Source: a virus. Taken from it: DNA of 47,764 bases. The notes under the pieces were generated by a model. It did no database searches, had not been told where the DNA came from, and worked only from the letters and a program-made list of their open reading frames with translations. Shown here one piece after another: positions 25,587 to 36,044 of this stretch. Each line of letters opens with the position of its first letter. The first letter of the stretch is position 1. The DNA lies in the IMG/VR virus record IMGVR_UViG_3300049033_000044, positions 1 to 47,764 of that record. One strand, 5' to 3'. A program made the translations under genes and the position numbers.

Positions 25587-27023
25587 ATGAATCGTTCGGC
25601 CAACACCGCATATACTAAATGGCATGAGTTGTTGGCCGATCCTCGCTTTGCCCCCTCGTCGCAAGCGATTCGAGACTATCTCTCGCTTTGCGACGGCTTG
25701 GAGTCACCGACTCCTTACCACATCTGGTCGTTCTTGTCTATGACCGCGGCACTCTGCGGAGAGCGCGTGACAATTGAACATGGGCCGATGGGAAATCTCC
25801 GACTGAATCTCGGCGTGGTACTCACTGGTGTACCCGCAGTTCGCAAGTCCACGGCTTTGACCATTGTGCAGAAATTTGCCGAAGGACTCCCGGTCAGTTA
25901 CGGCCCGACTGACACAGCAGGTCAGCGTCAGGGAATCATGTCTGCTATGCTTCCGCGCTGGCAGAAAGAACCCAAGGACGAAGTCAATGACTTTGAGATC
26001 AGCACCGAAATGCTGAGTCAACTTGCTGAGATGGACACTGATTCCATTCATGCCAAGCTGCCTGATCCTGTGGAACGCAAAGCCAGCGAAATCTATTTCG
26101 TCTCAAAAGAACTAGGTCGACTCATTGCATCTACATCGCGTGAGCTATTCGACTTCTTTACCGACGGCATGGACGGCGAGACGTTTCACTATCAGCTCAA
26201 GAATCAAGTCATCAAAATCCACAAGCCTTTGATGAATTTGCTTGGCGCCACGACTCCGTCCAGCCTCGGCAACATGATCCCCAAGGGTGGTGAGTCTCAC
26301 GGATTCCTATCTCGTCTAATCTTCGTCCACGCTCCGCATGTCGACAAGCCCGTTCCGATTCCACTGCAATGGTCCGAAGACCAACTGGCAATTCGCCAAA
26401 GCCTGCACGACCGCATGATGGAAAGCTACCTGAATCCGCATCAAACTCTGAAGTTGTCTGAATCGGCAGAGCAAACCTACGTAGACCTTTATAGTTATGT
26501 ACCTGCTACGTCGGATATCAGGCTCTCCGCTTATGCCGGGCGTCGGGCGGTCCATTTGCTCAAGTTGGCGGGGCTGCTGGCATTCTTGCGTTGCGACCCG
26601 TCCAGAACAGTCACAGCGGCTGACGTGCGGCTTTCCCATGCGTTGTTGGTGCTCACAGAGGCCAACATGGAACGGTCACTCAGCGGCCTTGATTTGGGCT
26701 TTTACGGGCGGTTTATGTGCGCCCTTATTGAGTTGCTGGAAATGCAACCCGACGGCATTGTAACTTTACAAGATATCCAACTTCAATTGGGCCATCTCGC
26801 CCCTAAGATGGATTTGAATACTCTTCTGGATTCGCTTGTGGTGCAAGGCAAGTTGACCGCAAAGAAGAACGATGCGTGGCAACTGCAAACAATGCACGCT
26901 GATCACAGTTTGATTCAACTGCGAACAGCCTTCACGGCAGGGGGTGTGCCGTCGGCAGACGAATATCGTACTCACAAAGCCGGTATCCAAGGCATAGTAA
27001 AAGAAAAGGGGAACGCTGGTTGA
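25587..27023 (+). CDS. DUF3987-like (primase-associated helicase-type) ATPase with deviant Walker motifs (478 aa)
   Basis: GVPAVRKST in place of GxxxxGK[ST]; LLGATTP...GFLSRLIFV resembles the DUF3987 core. Start at ATG 25587, 2 nt after the upstream stop; the track start is 25467. Confidence 0.45.
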   Translation: MNRSANTAYTKWHELLADPRFAPSSQAIRDYLSLCDGLESPTPYHIWSFLSMTAALCGERVTIEHGPMGNLRLNLGVVLTGVPAVRKSTALTIVQKFAEGLPVSYGPTDTAGQRQGIMSAMLPRWQKEPKDEVNDFEISTEMLSQLAEMDTDSIHAKLPDPVERKASEIYFVSKELGRLIASTSRELFDFFTDGMDGETFHYQLKNQVIKIHKPLMNLLGATTPSSLGNMIPKGGESHGFLSRLIFVHAPHVDKPVPIPLQWSEDQLAIRQSLHDRMMESYLNPHQTLKLSESAEQTYVDLYSYVPATSDIRLSAYAGRRAVHLLKLAGLLAFLRCDPSRTVTAADVRLSHALLVLTEANMERSLSGLDLGFYGRFMCALIELLEMQPDGIVTLQDIQLQLGHLAPKMDLNTLLDSLVVQGKLTAKKNDAWQLQTMHADHSLIQLRTAFTAGGVPSADEYRTHKAGIQGIVKEKGNAG

Positions 27024-27045
27024 ATCCGGCGCTCCCCTTTTTTTT
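27001..27045. terminator. bidirectional rho-independent terminator where the two transcription arms converge
   Basis: Stem GGGGAACGCTGG (27008-27019) / CCGGCGCTCCCC (27026-27037), flanked by an A-rich run (27001-27007) and a T8 run (27038-27045). Lies between stop 27021-27023 (+) and stop 27050-27052 (-). Confidence 0.8.
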
Positions 27046-27049
27046 GTGC

Positions 27050-30000
27050 TTAACGCATTTCGTAGCGCCACGCCTCAAGTTGGGAATTCTCCGACTTGAG
27101 ACTCTTGACGAGTTCTCGCATACCGCGAGTCGACTGCGTTGTCTTTACCTGCTCTTCGATCCACCGTTTGAAGTGAGCCGGAGAACCACCATTCTCGACG
27201 TACTTGTTGAACACGTCCATCGGGTTATACGGTTCGCCACTGCGAATCAGCGCCCGTGTCTCCTCACGCAGAGTCTCCATCCGCCCAGCCTGCCTACGAC
27301 GCATTGTCGTGTTGGCATAGTAGGCGTCGATTTCACCCTGCTGTCGACTCGACCGAAGTCCCAGCAACCGGAGTCCTGTCTCCAGACCAGACTGAGTCTC
27401 AGAGATAATTTCGCCGGATGCTGAAACATCCTGTCCGCCATTTGCCAGCACGGTGATCGCACCCTTGAGTGCTCGATTCGGCATAGAGCGAGCCAAGATT
27501 TCCGTCAAGTACCGCTGCGTGACCTGCCCTTCCTCGCCATCTGTGATTCCATTTAGAATCGCACCGGCTGCTTCAAGCGTGCCACCTGCAACGTTCTTCA
27601 CCATGCTGAGACCTGCCATCAGCTGAGTTGGGTCAAGACTCGGAGAGCGGAAGTTCATGTCACCACGTGTGTAAATGGCAACTCCTTCCCCACCCAAAAT
27701 CTTGGTGATCTCTTGGAATCCACCGTTCGCAACGATGGACCCAACTGTTGGCCCGTACTTCGCATAGATCGCATCGGTGAGAGTCGCTTCCGGATTGGAG
27801 TTCGGCCCTACACCCATGCTCTGCATCAAGTTCTCGACTGCATTGTAGCCGGGCATTGATGCGACTCCGAAGAACGCCGACTGCATAGCCAGCTGGCGTC
27901 CGACGCTTGCATAGTCACCAGTTTCCATCCAGCGGAAGAGTCGCTGGTTGTACTGCTGCACCCAACTCGTAAACAATCCGAACATCGAACCGAATGACGT
28001 CTGGAAAAGCTCCGGACGATTCAACGGATTGTAGTTCGCGATGGCCTGATTGGCGACGTTACGAGCGAAGCTATGGCGGGCTTCAGTCCCAACGATGCCG
28101 TTCAAATCAGCTAGTCGCAGACCCACAAAGTGTGACCATGTGCGAGACATGGACTCAGAGGTATCTGCGGCAAGAGCAGCAAGACCGCCCACACCCTTGT
28201 TCGCAACCCAGTCCTTCAACTCCTTAGGCGACTTCGGCAACTTGCCGGGAGCAACCCTGCGAGTCTTATCACCCGACATCACTCGCATGAATGTCGTCTT
28301 CGAGTCGATCAGCGAAAGCTGCTTGTTTAACTCTGCAATAGACTGAGTCGTATCCCCGTTCTTGACCATGACATCCCAGTCGGCGTGCTTGGCCGCGTTG
28401 AGCATGTCTTTGAATCCGCCGGCGAGAATGCGATAAGAGTCAACAACTCCAACTTTGGCGCCGGAGTTAAGTCCGATCGACGCCATCAGCGGAGTGTTGG
28501 GGCTGCGCAGAATGCTCGGCATGTTGGTGACGATACCGACCAGATTCATAGCAGCGTTGGGGATTTCGAGCCAACGCAAGAGGATGTTTGCGGTGAGTCG
28601 GTTGACCCCATTTGCGAGGTCCTTGACTTCAGGCGGCACACTGACTCGCAGATTTGACTCCGCAAAGTCCATAGCGTTCTTGTAGGGTGTGTACGGACCC
28701 AGCTGCTCTGCCAACTCGTCAAAGGTTTTGAACCCCTTGATTCGTGACATGCCCAGCTTGTGAGTCAGGTCTTCGATCCACTTCGAAAGCTGCGTCGAGC
28801 CGATAGCCTTTGCGAGTGGCCAACCGGAGTCAATCACAGATTGCGTCAGAGATTCGACAGCGCGAACTGCTTTCGTCCCCTGACCCGGCTTGACACTCGT
28901 GAGAGGCTTGCCAAGAATCGTGGCTTCCCATTCATCCCAGATCGTCCGTCGCTCGACTCCACCAACTGCGTTCTCAGCAGCGGCACGGGCGCGAGCAATT
29001 GAAATCTGCGAGTCATAGAGCGAACGCACGGTCCCATTCGTGATGGCCTTGACTTTTTCCTGGACCCACTCGAGCGATTCTTCCAGAGCATTGTTGTTGA
29101 CTCGGTCGCCAAAGATAGCGCCGCTCTGCCCTGCTTTTTTTGACCCAACGAATCCAGGATCGACCCAGTTCATTTCCGCAAGGTCCCAAAGATCATCAGT
29201 CGCTTCAATTTCGCTTTGCGAGTAGAATCGATGTCCTTCGCCTTCCGCATCCAATTGCTGGATTTTGACTCGGCGAAGCTCATCAAATTCGGCCTGATTG
29301 TTCGCCACAATGGCACCACCAGGAACTGTTTTGCCAGTGCGATCGATCGTGAAGCCAATGATTTTCCCCTTTGTATTCGGTGGAGGAATGTACCACTCTT
29401 TTGAATCGAGTGGGCTAAGCCCTCGGCTCATTCTCACTGCGTTGGTATCCTTCAGGAGTCCACGAGCAGCGATCTGGAATCGCTCCACGTAGTCTAGTCC
29501 GACTTGATCCAACACAATCGGGCGGCCAGTTGCAGCATCTGCCAGCAACTCACCTTCTTGCACCGGACGACCGAGTCGCTTGGCATTGCGAGGCGTAGGC
29601 AGAAGTTCGAAGGCTGCAAAGCCATCATCCACCTGTACTGTGCCGCGCTTCAAGTCCCAACCACCAGCCTTGGAAAACCACTGGTCGACGAGAGTCTTGC
29701 TGCCGCGATTCGCCACTGTGGCAAGCCGGTCCTGGGCGCCGTTGAAGACGTTTGTCAGAATCCGGTTTGTGTTTTCCTCAGTGATTCGATCGATAACTTG
29801 CCGTGTGCCCAGTGTGCTGAGCATCTGCTTCTGATCCCTGTACCGCTGACTGCGAGTCAGAGCAGTACCGAGTCCTTGATCAAATGCTCCGCCGGCACCG
29901 GTGATCTGATCCCGGGCCATTCCGAGAATATTCATCGACTCCCGATACTCCGGAAGCTGATCAAGCGTGTCGACCAGTTCCCTTGTGAGGAATCCCTTGC

Positions 30001-32116
30001 GCAGCTGTTGATGCCGATACATCTTGTTTTCGGCCTGCGCAATGACGAGGTGATCACGAGTGCCATGCAACTCAGGCTGGACTCGACTCAGATCGGCAAA
30101 CCCAACGATGACCGGACGCCACTCACCAGTCTCTGCCGACCGGTTGAAGTTGAACATGTCACCGAGAATCTCCGGATCCTTCGTCTTGATTCCAGTCCGC
30201 AAATCGCTCATGTCGAGCAACTGCTTGCGAATCTCCTTGAGTTCTTGCGCCGTGACCTTTTGCTCTTTGAGCACGGTGTTGAGCACCTTGATCATGGATT
30301 CGCCGGCACCATCATGCAACCGCTCAAGACTGCCCGGCAGCGGAAGATTCAGCTTGGCACGATCCCAGAACGTGAGGGCGCCTTTCGTCTGCTGAATCGA
30401 CACAGCTTCCTTCGCCTTGAGACGCAGGGACTGCACAACGGCTGAGTCAGTCCCGTCGATTCCTGCGTACGAGTTGAAGTCAACCTTGCCACCCTTCTTC
30501 TGATATTCCAAACCGAAGTCGATCTGGAGCCAAGTCGGATTCTTCGGCAGCGTGAAGACCTGATCGTTCGCCCGCATACGCGAAGCAACCTGAGTCAAAC
30601 CTTCGTAGACCTGAAGCTGATCCCCAAAAGACATCTTGCCGAAGTCCTTGAGATTGGCGCTTTCATTGACACTGACTCGCTTGCCACTCGAAAGATCGAT
30701 TCGGTAGTCAAAGTTCCCGCCGCCCTTGACCGAACTCTTCAACGTGACTCGACCCGGCTCGAACTTCGAGAACTCCTCCAGCTCTCGGCTAAGCGGCATC
30801 CACGACCCATTGACGAGTCCCAGCGCCTCCTGGCTTTCCAACCTACGACCAAGCCTTTTCATCTCAATCGAATCGGAATTGAGCAACCCCTTGATATGCT
30901 CCGCGCGCATTTCTTTGACGCGAGTCACATCGGCAATGCCCATCGAATCAATGCCCAAGAACGTGGACGGATCGGCGTGCCCAGCTTCAGTGAGGTGACG
31001 GCCAGCGGCGGCAGTGCGGGCGTCACTGATGCTGAAGCTGCTGTTCGGGACTCCCGGAAGACCCTTTGTGGTGATCTTCTGAAAGCTCTGGCGTGCCTGC
31101 ATTTCAACCTGTTTGGACTCGGCATCGATAAGTGCGCGCCGATTCGCAGGAAGATTCTCAGGCGCCAGCTGCCTTGCCTGCATGAGCAGACCTGTGAGAT
31201 TCGCCGACTCCTTGTACTCGGACTTATCAGCCAACTTGGCCAACTCTTCCGCATCCGGAGCAAATGCACGAATCGCAGCGAAGCCATACGGATCACTCGC
31301 AGCAGCCCGACGACCCATTACCTCTTCCGAGTTAGCGATCTGTCGGACTTCATACCGTGCACCGAGTGCGCCGAGTCCACCCGTGATACCCACGCCAAGA
31401 GCCAGTGCCACCAAATTGGTCGACGTATCATCAGACCACAGCTCACTGTTCGTGTGAGTCACGGCAGCGACCGCAGCTTCCTGCACTACGCCAGAGCCTA
31501 CACCCTTAGCGACTCGCGCGGCCAAAAGCTGTCGGCCCCCTGCCGTGCCCAACACACTCATGAGCTGACCGTCGACTGCGGCAACGACTGCGGAGTCCAT
31601 AGCCGCAGCGCGCGCCCCACCAAGCATCTGCTCGCCCATCTTCCAGAGTCGAGTGTTGCTGAGCGCAGTGCTGGATGCAAGCCTTGCTCCCAGTGCCGGC
31701 ACGAGGTATGCCTCAGCGAGTCCAGCTGTAGCCACTGCGGCCACGATACCACTCGTGAGTTCGACCCCAGACTTATTGCGTTGTGCAAAGTCCGCGAGTC
31801 CCGAAGCTCCCATCCCGCGCGCCCCACTCCACACATCGCCACGCTGCATCGGAGTCACAGCACTCGTGACCATGTCCGCCATGTCAACACCGGCAGCTGC
31901 GAGGAACTTGCCGGCGCGGACGATGGAGGATTCAGTGGGGTCTTCGCCGTATTGAGTGGCAAAGAGGTTGGTGGTCATCTGGCTGCGACGCTCGAGTGCC
32001 TCCGGAGAATTATCGTCCGGAGTCATCCCAGTCATCCCGCCTGGAGTCATACCAACTTTCGGCGTTATGAACTGGGCAGAGCGAACGCCTTGATTCAGTA
32101 GATTAAGATCTACCAT
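27050..32116 (-). CDS. giant virion-internal/ejection-type protein (1688 aa; T7 gp16-like by size and position)
   Basis: Last gene of the late arm, after 250-aa and 796-aa genes; this mirrors the gp14/gp15/gp16 size series. Gly/Ala-rich hydrophobic N-terminal segments. I could read no catalytic motif. Confidence 0.5.
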   Translation of the reverse strand: MVDLNLLNQGVRSAQFITPKVGMTPGGMTGMTPDDNSPEALERRSQMTTNLFATQYGEDPTESSIVRAGKFLAAAGVDMADMVTSAVTPMQRGDVWSGARGMGASGLADFAQRNKSGVELTSGIVAAVATAGLAEAYLVPALGARLASSTALSNTRLWKMGEQMLGGARAAAMDSAVVAAVDGQLMSVLGTAGGRQLLAARVAKGVGSGVVQEAAVAAVTHTNSELWSDDTSTNLVALALGVGITGGLGALGARYEVRQIANSEEVMGRRAAASDPYGFAAIRAFAPDAEELAKLADKSEYKESANLTGLLMQARQLAPENLPANRRALIDAESKQVEMQARQSFQKITTKGLPGVPNSSFSISDARTAAAGRHLTEAGHADPSTFLGIDSMGIADVTRVKEMRAEHIKGLLNSDSIEMKRLGRRLESQEALGLVNGSWMPLSRELEEFSKFEPGRVTLKSSVKGGGNFDYRIDLSSGKRVSVNESANLKDFGKMSFGDQLQVYEGLTQVASRMRANDQVFTLPKNPTWLQIDFGLEYQKKGGKVDFNSYAGIDGTDSAVVQSLRLKAKEAVSIQQTKGALTFWDRAKLNLPLPGSLERLHDGAGESMIKVLNTVLKEQKVTAQELKEIRKQLLDMSDLRTGIKTKDPEILGDMFNFNRSAETGEWRPVIVGFADLSRVQPELHGTRDHLVIAQAENKMYRHQQLRKGFLTRELVDTLDQLPEYRESMNILGMARDQITGAGGAFDQGLGTALTRSQRYRDQKQMLSTLGTRQVIDRITEENTNRILTNVFNGAQDRLATVANRGSKTLVDQWFSKAGGWDLKRGTVQVDDGFAAFELLPTPRNAKRLGRPVQEGELLADAATGRPIVLDQVGLDYVERFQIAARGLLKDTNAVRMSRGLSPLDSKEWYIPPPNTKGKIIGFTIDRTGKTVPGGAIVANNQAEFDELRRVKIQQLDAEGEGHRFYSQSEIEATDDLWDLAEMNWVDPGFVGSKKAGQSGAIFGDRVNNNALEESLEWVQEKVKAITNGTVRSLYDSQISIARARAAAENAVGGVERRTIWDEWEATILGKPLTSVKPGQGTKAVRAVESLTQSVIDSGWPLAKAIGSTQLSKWIEDLTHKLGMSRIKGFKTFDELAEQLGPYTPYKNAMDFAESNLRVSVPPEVKDLANGVNRLTANILLRWLEIPNAAMNLVGIVTNMPSILRSPNTPLMASIGLNSGAKVGVVDSYRILAGGFKDMLNAAKHADWDVMVKNGDTTQSIAELNKQLSLIDSKTTFMRVMSGDKTRRVAPGKLPKSPKELKDWVANKGVGGLAALAADTSESMSRTWSHFVGLRLADLNGIVGTEARHSFARNVANQAIANYNPLNRPELFQTSFGSMFGLFTSWVQQYNQRLFRWMETGDYASVGRQLAMQSAFFGVASMPGYNAVENLMQSMGVGPNSNPEATLTDAIYAKYGPTVGSIVANGGFQEITKILGGEGVAIYTRGDMNFRSPSLDPTQLMAGLSMVKNVAGGTLEAAGAILNGITDGEEGQVTQRYLTEILARSMPNRALKGAITVLANGGQDVSASGEIISETQSGLETGLRLLGLRSSRQQGEIDAYYANTTMRRRQAGRMETLREETRALIRSGEPYNPMDVFNKYVENGGSPAHFKRWIEEQVKTTQSTRGMRELVKSLKSENSQLEAWRYEMR

Positions 32117-32117
32117 G

Positions 32118-34508
32118 TTACTTCCCTTCTTGCATCAGCTGCTCATACCAGCCATAGCTGCGCTGAGCAACGGTTCGACGAAGCCATGCGTGGGGCTGGA
32201 ATCCCATGCGAGGCTGTCCGGGTCCTGGCCGCCAGAAAGTGTTGCCCATTACCGATTCCAAGTTATTGACAATCTTGGGGCGGTTTTGAGCGACCTTCTT
32301 CAGAATCTTGGCGACCTGAGGGTCTTGAGTCATGTTGGCGTCGATCGCCTGTTCGATCAGGGTGTTGATATCGTCGTAGTCGCGATTCGCCTTCTGGGCT
32401 TCCGCAACGATCGGCAGCACAAAACCCTTCATAAAGGTCTGACGTTCGCCATCGGTCAGCGAGTCGTCAAATTGAAGCAGGGCGGCCTGTCGATGGCTGG
32501 GATTCAGATCAAACGAAATCATCTGCTGATATCGCTCGGATTTCTTCCCATCATAGTCCTCAGCAGCACTCGCTAGAATCATCGAATAAGCACCCATCTG
32601 CTCAGTCTCGATCTTGTTCGCGAATCCTTCCATGACCTGTGCCTGCACACCCGTAGCACTCGCAACTTGCGCATTCTTCTGCTGAGTCTGCTGCACGTAG
32701 CCGCTGCCGTTCTTGACCCACCAATCCGCATAGCGTTTGCCAAGCCCGGACTCGCGCGAGTCGAGATCCATCATCAGCTCTTGCGTCTGGATACGGGCGA
32801 GGACTGCAGCGTCGGCTTGAGTCACCTTGCCAGGCACTGGATTCCCACTCAGAAACGTTGCCATTTCCTCGTCATTCAACCCGTAGGTCTGCTGGAAGCT
32901 TGCGAGTCCACGCTGGTCGGCGGACCCGATGAGCCCAACCAAGCTTTCCGGTGTGAATCGGCCAGCGAGTGGATGATCCGGAGCAAACACCTGGCCACTC
33001 ACAATTGCTTCTGAGCGTTGGGTAATCGATTCCTTGACTCCCTGCTCCAGCGCTTGCTGAATCGCCATCTGCTTAATATCGTCATCCTTCAGATCGCCGT
33101 TGAACTGGTTCGCCTTCTTGATCGTCTGGTACTTCTCGTTGTAAAGCTGGCTGACTCGCTTAGCTTCTTTCGCTGGCAGCACGTCTTCGAGTGGAGCACC
33201 CTTCTTCAAGCGAGTCTGGATCGCCGATTCCACAGAGGCCTGCGGAGGTTGATTCCCGCGATAGGTCTCCAAATAGATATCGTTCATGTCCTTGTCGCCC
33301 TTGGACTTGAACTTGGCTTCCTGCTCGATTCGCTTGTCGAAAGACTCGCGAGCCGCAACCAGAGTTTTGTTGGCTGAGTCAATCAGCTCAACTGGGATCG
33401 GCTGACCGCTCTTCTGGTATTCCTGCAAACTGGATGTCACAGCCACCAGCATAGAGCGATAACCCTGCGCTGCCGACTCCAACGGCGAACCCTTCGGGAT
33501 GTTCGGAAGAGTGCGTTCCAGATCTTGAATCGCAGGAGCCAAAACGCTGGCGCCGAAATCAGTGAACTGGAAGATCTTGGAATCGCGCTCGATCGCAGCC
33601 GACATAGCAGTCTGCTTCGTCTGATATACCGACTGGATATCAGCCAGCGAGTACTTGTCTGATCCGTTGAGCAACATCGGACGAAGTTCCTCGACCGACA
33701 TGGTCTCCAACTCTTTCTTTGCCAACTTGGCATCGAGATCGAGTCGATTGGCCTGACGAGCAAGCGCACGATTTTCGGAAATCAGCTCTCGCTCATCAAC
33801 AGCTTCCATGCGCGCCTGAAGAATCCCAGGCTGAATCATGATACCATCGACGTCGATCGGCTGCCCATTGGACTTGGTCGCCAGAGCCTTGAGCTGCTGA
33901 GTCGACATCTGCATCAGCGCAGTTTCCTGCATTGCTGCCTGAGTCTGCAGAACTCCAGCCTTGGTCGATACCGCCTTGACCTGGCTGTCAAGCAACTCGT
34001 TCTGCTGCTGCAACGTGAGAGTCGCTGCATTGAGCTCTCCCTGCCCTGCGGCAAAGTTCGCCTCAACCGCCTTGCCCAAGTCCGCCATCGCCGCCTGCTT
34101 GAGTCCAGCGACCTGCGTGCTGACATTCATCATCTGCGTGGCTTCGGCGACTCGCTTGCTGCGACCGCTAGCCGTGTACTTGCCGGGATCGACAATCTCG
34201 TTGCCGATCGACGTCAGGAAGTCCAACGGATTCCCAGAACTGCGAAGAGCTTCCTGCTCCTCTTTGCCGGCCTGCGTATCCGACACCGTCTTCAGAATCG
34301 GAGCGAGTGAGTCAACCAGCTGCTGCGAAACCGATGCCTGCTGAGAAGCGATCTCCGCAAGCTGCTGATTGGCTTGTTCGCGCTGTTGATTCGTCTGCAA
34401 CTCTGCCTGCTGCTTGACTCGCAACGCATTGGCACTTGCAGCGATGGCATCGGTGAGTCCACCAAGACCGAAGTCCATGGTAGTGCCGTTTTGCTTTTTC
34501 TCGGCCAT
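32118..34508 (-). CDS. internal virion protein candidate (796 aa; gp15-like by size and position), Gln/Ala-rich helical
   Basis: ORF track; RBS GGGGAGAA; 1-nt gap to the next gene. Confidence 0.5.
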   Translation of the reverse strand: MAEKKQNGTTMDFGLGGLTDAIAASANALRVKQQAELQTNQQREQANQQLAEIASQQASVSQQLVDSLAPILKTVSDTQAGKEEQEALRSSGNPLDFLTSIGNEIVDPGKYTASGRSKRVAEATQMMNVSTQVAGLKQAAMADLGKAVEANFAAGQGELNAATLTLQQQNELLDSQVKAVSTKAGVLQTQAAMQETALMQMSTQQLKALATKSNGQPIDVDGIMIQPGILQARMEAVDERELISENRALARQANRLDLDAKLAKKELETMSVEELRPMLLNGSDKYSLADIQSVYQTKQTAMSAAIERDSKIFQFTDFGASVLAPAIQDLERTLPNIPKGSPLESAAQGYRSMLVAVTSSLQEYQKSGQPIPVELIDSANKTLVAARESFDKRIEQEAKFKSKGDKDMNDIYLETYRGNQPPQASVESAIQTRLKKGAPLEDVLPAKEAKRVSQLYNEKYQTIKKANQFNGDLKDDDIKQMAIQQALEQGVKESITQRSEAIVSGQVFAPDHPLAGRFTPESLVGLIGSADQRGLASFQQTYGLNDEEMATFLSGNPVPGKVTQADAAVLARIQTQELMMDLDSRESGLGKRYADWWVKNGSGYVQQTQQKNAQVASATGVQAQVMEGFANKIETEQMGAYSMILASAAEDYDGKKSERYQQMISFDLNPSHRQAALLQFDDSLTDGERQTFMKGFVLPIVAEAQKANRDYDDINTLIEQAIDANMTQDPQVAKILKKVAQNRPKIVNNLESVMGNTFWRPGPGQPRMGFQPHAWLRRTVAQRSYGWYEQLMQEGK

Positions 34509-34511
34509 TGA

Positions 34512-35264
34512 TTAGTTCTCCCCGATTCCCTCGAACAAATTCCCAAAGCCGGAAGCCCAGTTGAAAGGCTTCGATTCCTTGCCTGTGGCTTTGCTGGATG
34601 TATTGGTTTTGCTGGTCTGCTCCTGAACCGATGTTGTCTTTTGATCGACTTTCTCGGTCGTAAGAGCTTCGCCGCCTTTGAGCGCGCCCAGCAGACTCGC
34701 CATGTTGGCGTCCAAGCTAGTTGTCAGTTGCGTCAAAGTAGTTGCTCGATTCCGGCCAATCTCCGCCGCCCGAGCCGTAGCGTCTCCGCGAATGCCGGCA
34801 ATGTTTGCGGCATCTTCGTTTCTGATTCGACTCTCGAGAAGTTGAACGGCCGAGTTGCCAGTAGACCCACCCGCAGCCATGCGGACAGCATTTGTCGCTG
34901 ATTCAGTTCGAGGACGCAGTGCAGATTCGGCAGCGTTCACCGTCGATCGAATGTAAGCATCCGAGTCGAATCCACCTGTACCAGACTGCGCAGCGAGTTC
35001 AGCGGCGATAGCGCCCCCAGCATCCTGCGAACGGCCGAGGCTCTCTGCAGTTGCCTGCTCAAGAAGCTTCAGGAATCCGTCCGAGAATTGCTGGGAGTTC
35101 GCCGATCCGACCGATTGCGCAGCTTCGACGCCAGCCGATTTGGTTTGAGTCGATTGCGAACCGGTAGAGCTCTGAGTCGCATTCGTCGTATCGCCGGCTC
35201 CACCACCGATGAAGTTAGACAGAAGCTTGGTGCCCCCGAGAATCGTAGAAAGCCAGCCCGACAT
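34512..35264 (-). CDS. internal virion protein candidate (250 aa; gp14-like by position), Gly/Ser/Thr/Ala-rich
   Basis: ORF track; RBS AAGGAG. Confidence 0.45.
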   Translation of the reverse strand: MSGWLSTILGGTKLLSNFIGGGAGDTTNATQSSTGSQSTQTKSAGVEAAQSVGSANSQQFSDGFLKLLEQATAESLGRSQDAGGAIAAELAAQSGTGGFDSDAYIRSTVNAAESALRPRTESATNAVRMAAGGSTGNSAVQLLESRIRNEDAANIAGIRGDATARAAEIGRNRATTLTQLTTSLDANMASLLGALKGGEALTTEKVDQKTTSVQEQTSKTNTSSKATGKESKPFNWASGFGNLFEGIGEN

Positions 35265-35277
35265 GATTCAGATCTCC

Positions 35278-35568
35278 TTAGATTTTCGGCTCATAGCTGA
35301 TCACATCAGCCGCATCGACGGTGATGGCAGCAATTGCCGTGTTGTTGACTGCGGCCGACGAATCGACGATCGGAGCCAGTGAGTAGTCGACGACCATGAC
35401 CATGTTGATCGGGTCAGGATTGGTCGGAATCGACGGAAAAAACCAGAACGGCTTGCCGAGACCCGGCCGCGTGATGACACTGTTTCCGACATTGAGCGCC
35501 GGATTCGTCGTGATCAGCTTGTTGATCGTTTCGCCGTTCTGCAGAGTTTCATAAATGAGTTTGCCCAT
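35278..35568 (-). CDS. hypothetical virion-module protein (96 aa)
   Basis: ORF track; tight packing. Confidence 0.6.
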   Translation of the reverse strand: MGKLIYETLQNGETINKLITTNPALNVGNSVITRPGLGKPFWFFPSIPTNPDPINMVMVVDYSLAPIVDSSAAVNNTAIAAITVDAADVISYEPKI

Positions 35569-35571
35569 GAG

Positions 35572-36042
35572 TCACCTGATTGCTGTAATCTCGACGTTGA
35601 ACTTCTCCGGATCAGCGGAATTGCCGTTGCTGTCCGTCGATTCGACAACAAAGTAATCCGGATACTTTTCGATCACACGCATAGACATGTCGTGATCATA
35701 GACTTTGGGGTAGTAATCCAGATTCTCGAAGTAATCAACCAAGTACACTTCGTAGAGTCCGGGCGCCACCCATGCGATTCCCATGATGCTGGAATCCACG
35801 GCCGTCACGCTGGTGATCTCACCTTCGAGAATCTCCAGATCGTAAGCAGCCGCGTAGAATTGAACTTCGACTTCTGCCGGAATCTCCTCCGGCGGAACAT
35901 ACGGCGGAATGACGTTGCCGAGGGCTTCCCACTCGGCAATTTCACGGCGATGACGATTCGACATATCATCTGGGACAAACAAGGTCTGTTCGTCCAAGAT
36001 AACGACAATCAAACCAAATTCATTGAATCCAGCAACTTCCAT
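35572..36042 (-). CDS. hypothetical virion-module protein (156 aa)
   Basis: Track ORF 35572..36048 (GTG). ATG 36042 is preferred because GGAG lies 8 nt upstream. Confidence 0.6.
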   Translation of the reverse strand: MEVAGFNEFGLIVVILDEQTLFVPDDMSNRHRREIAEWEALGNVIPPYVPPEEIPAEVEVQFYAAAYDLEILEGEITSVTAVDSSIMGIAWVAPGLYEVYLVDYFENLDYYPKVYDHDMSMRVIEKYPDYFVVESTDSNGNSADPEKFNVEITAIR

Positions 36043-36044
36043 GA

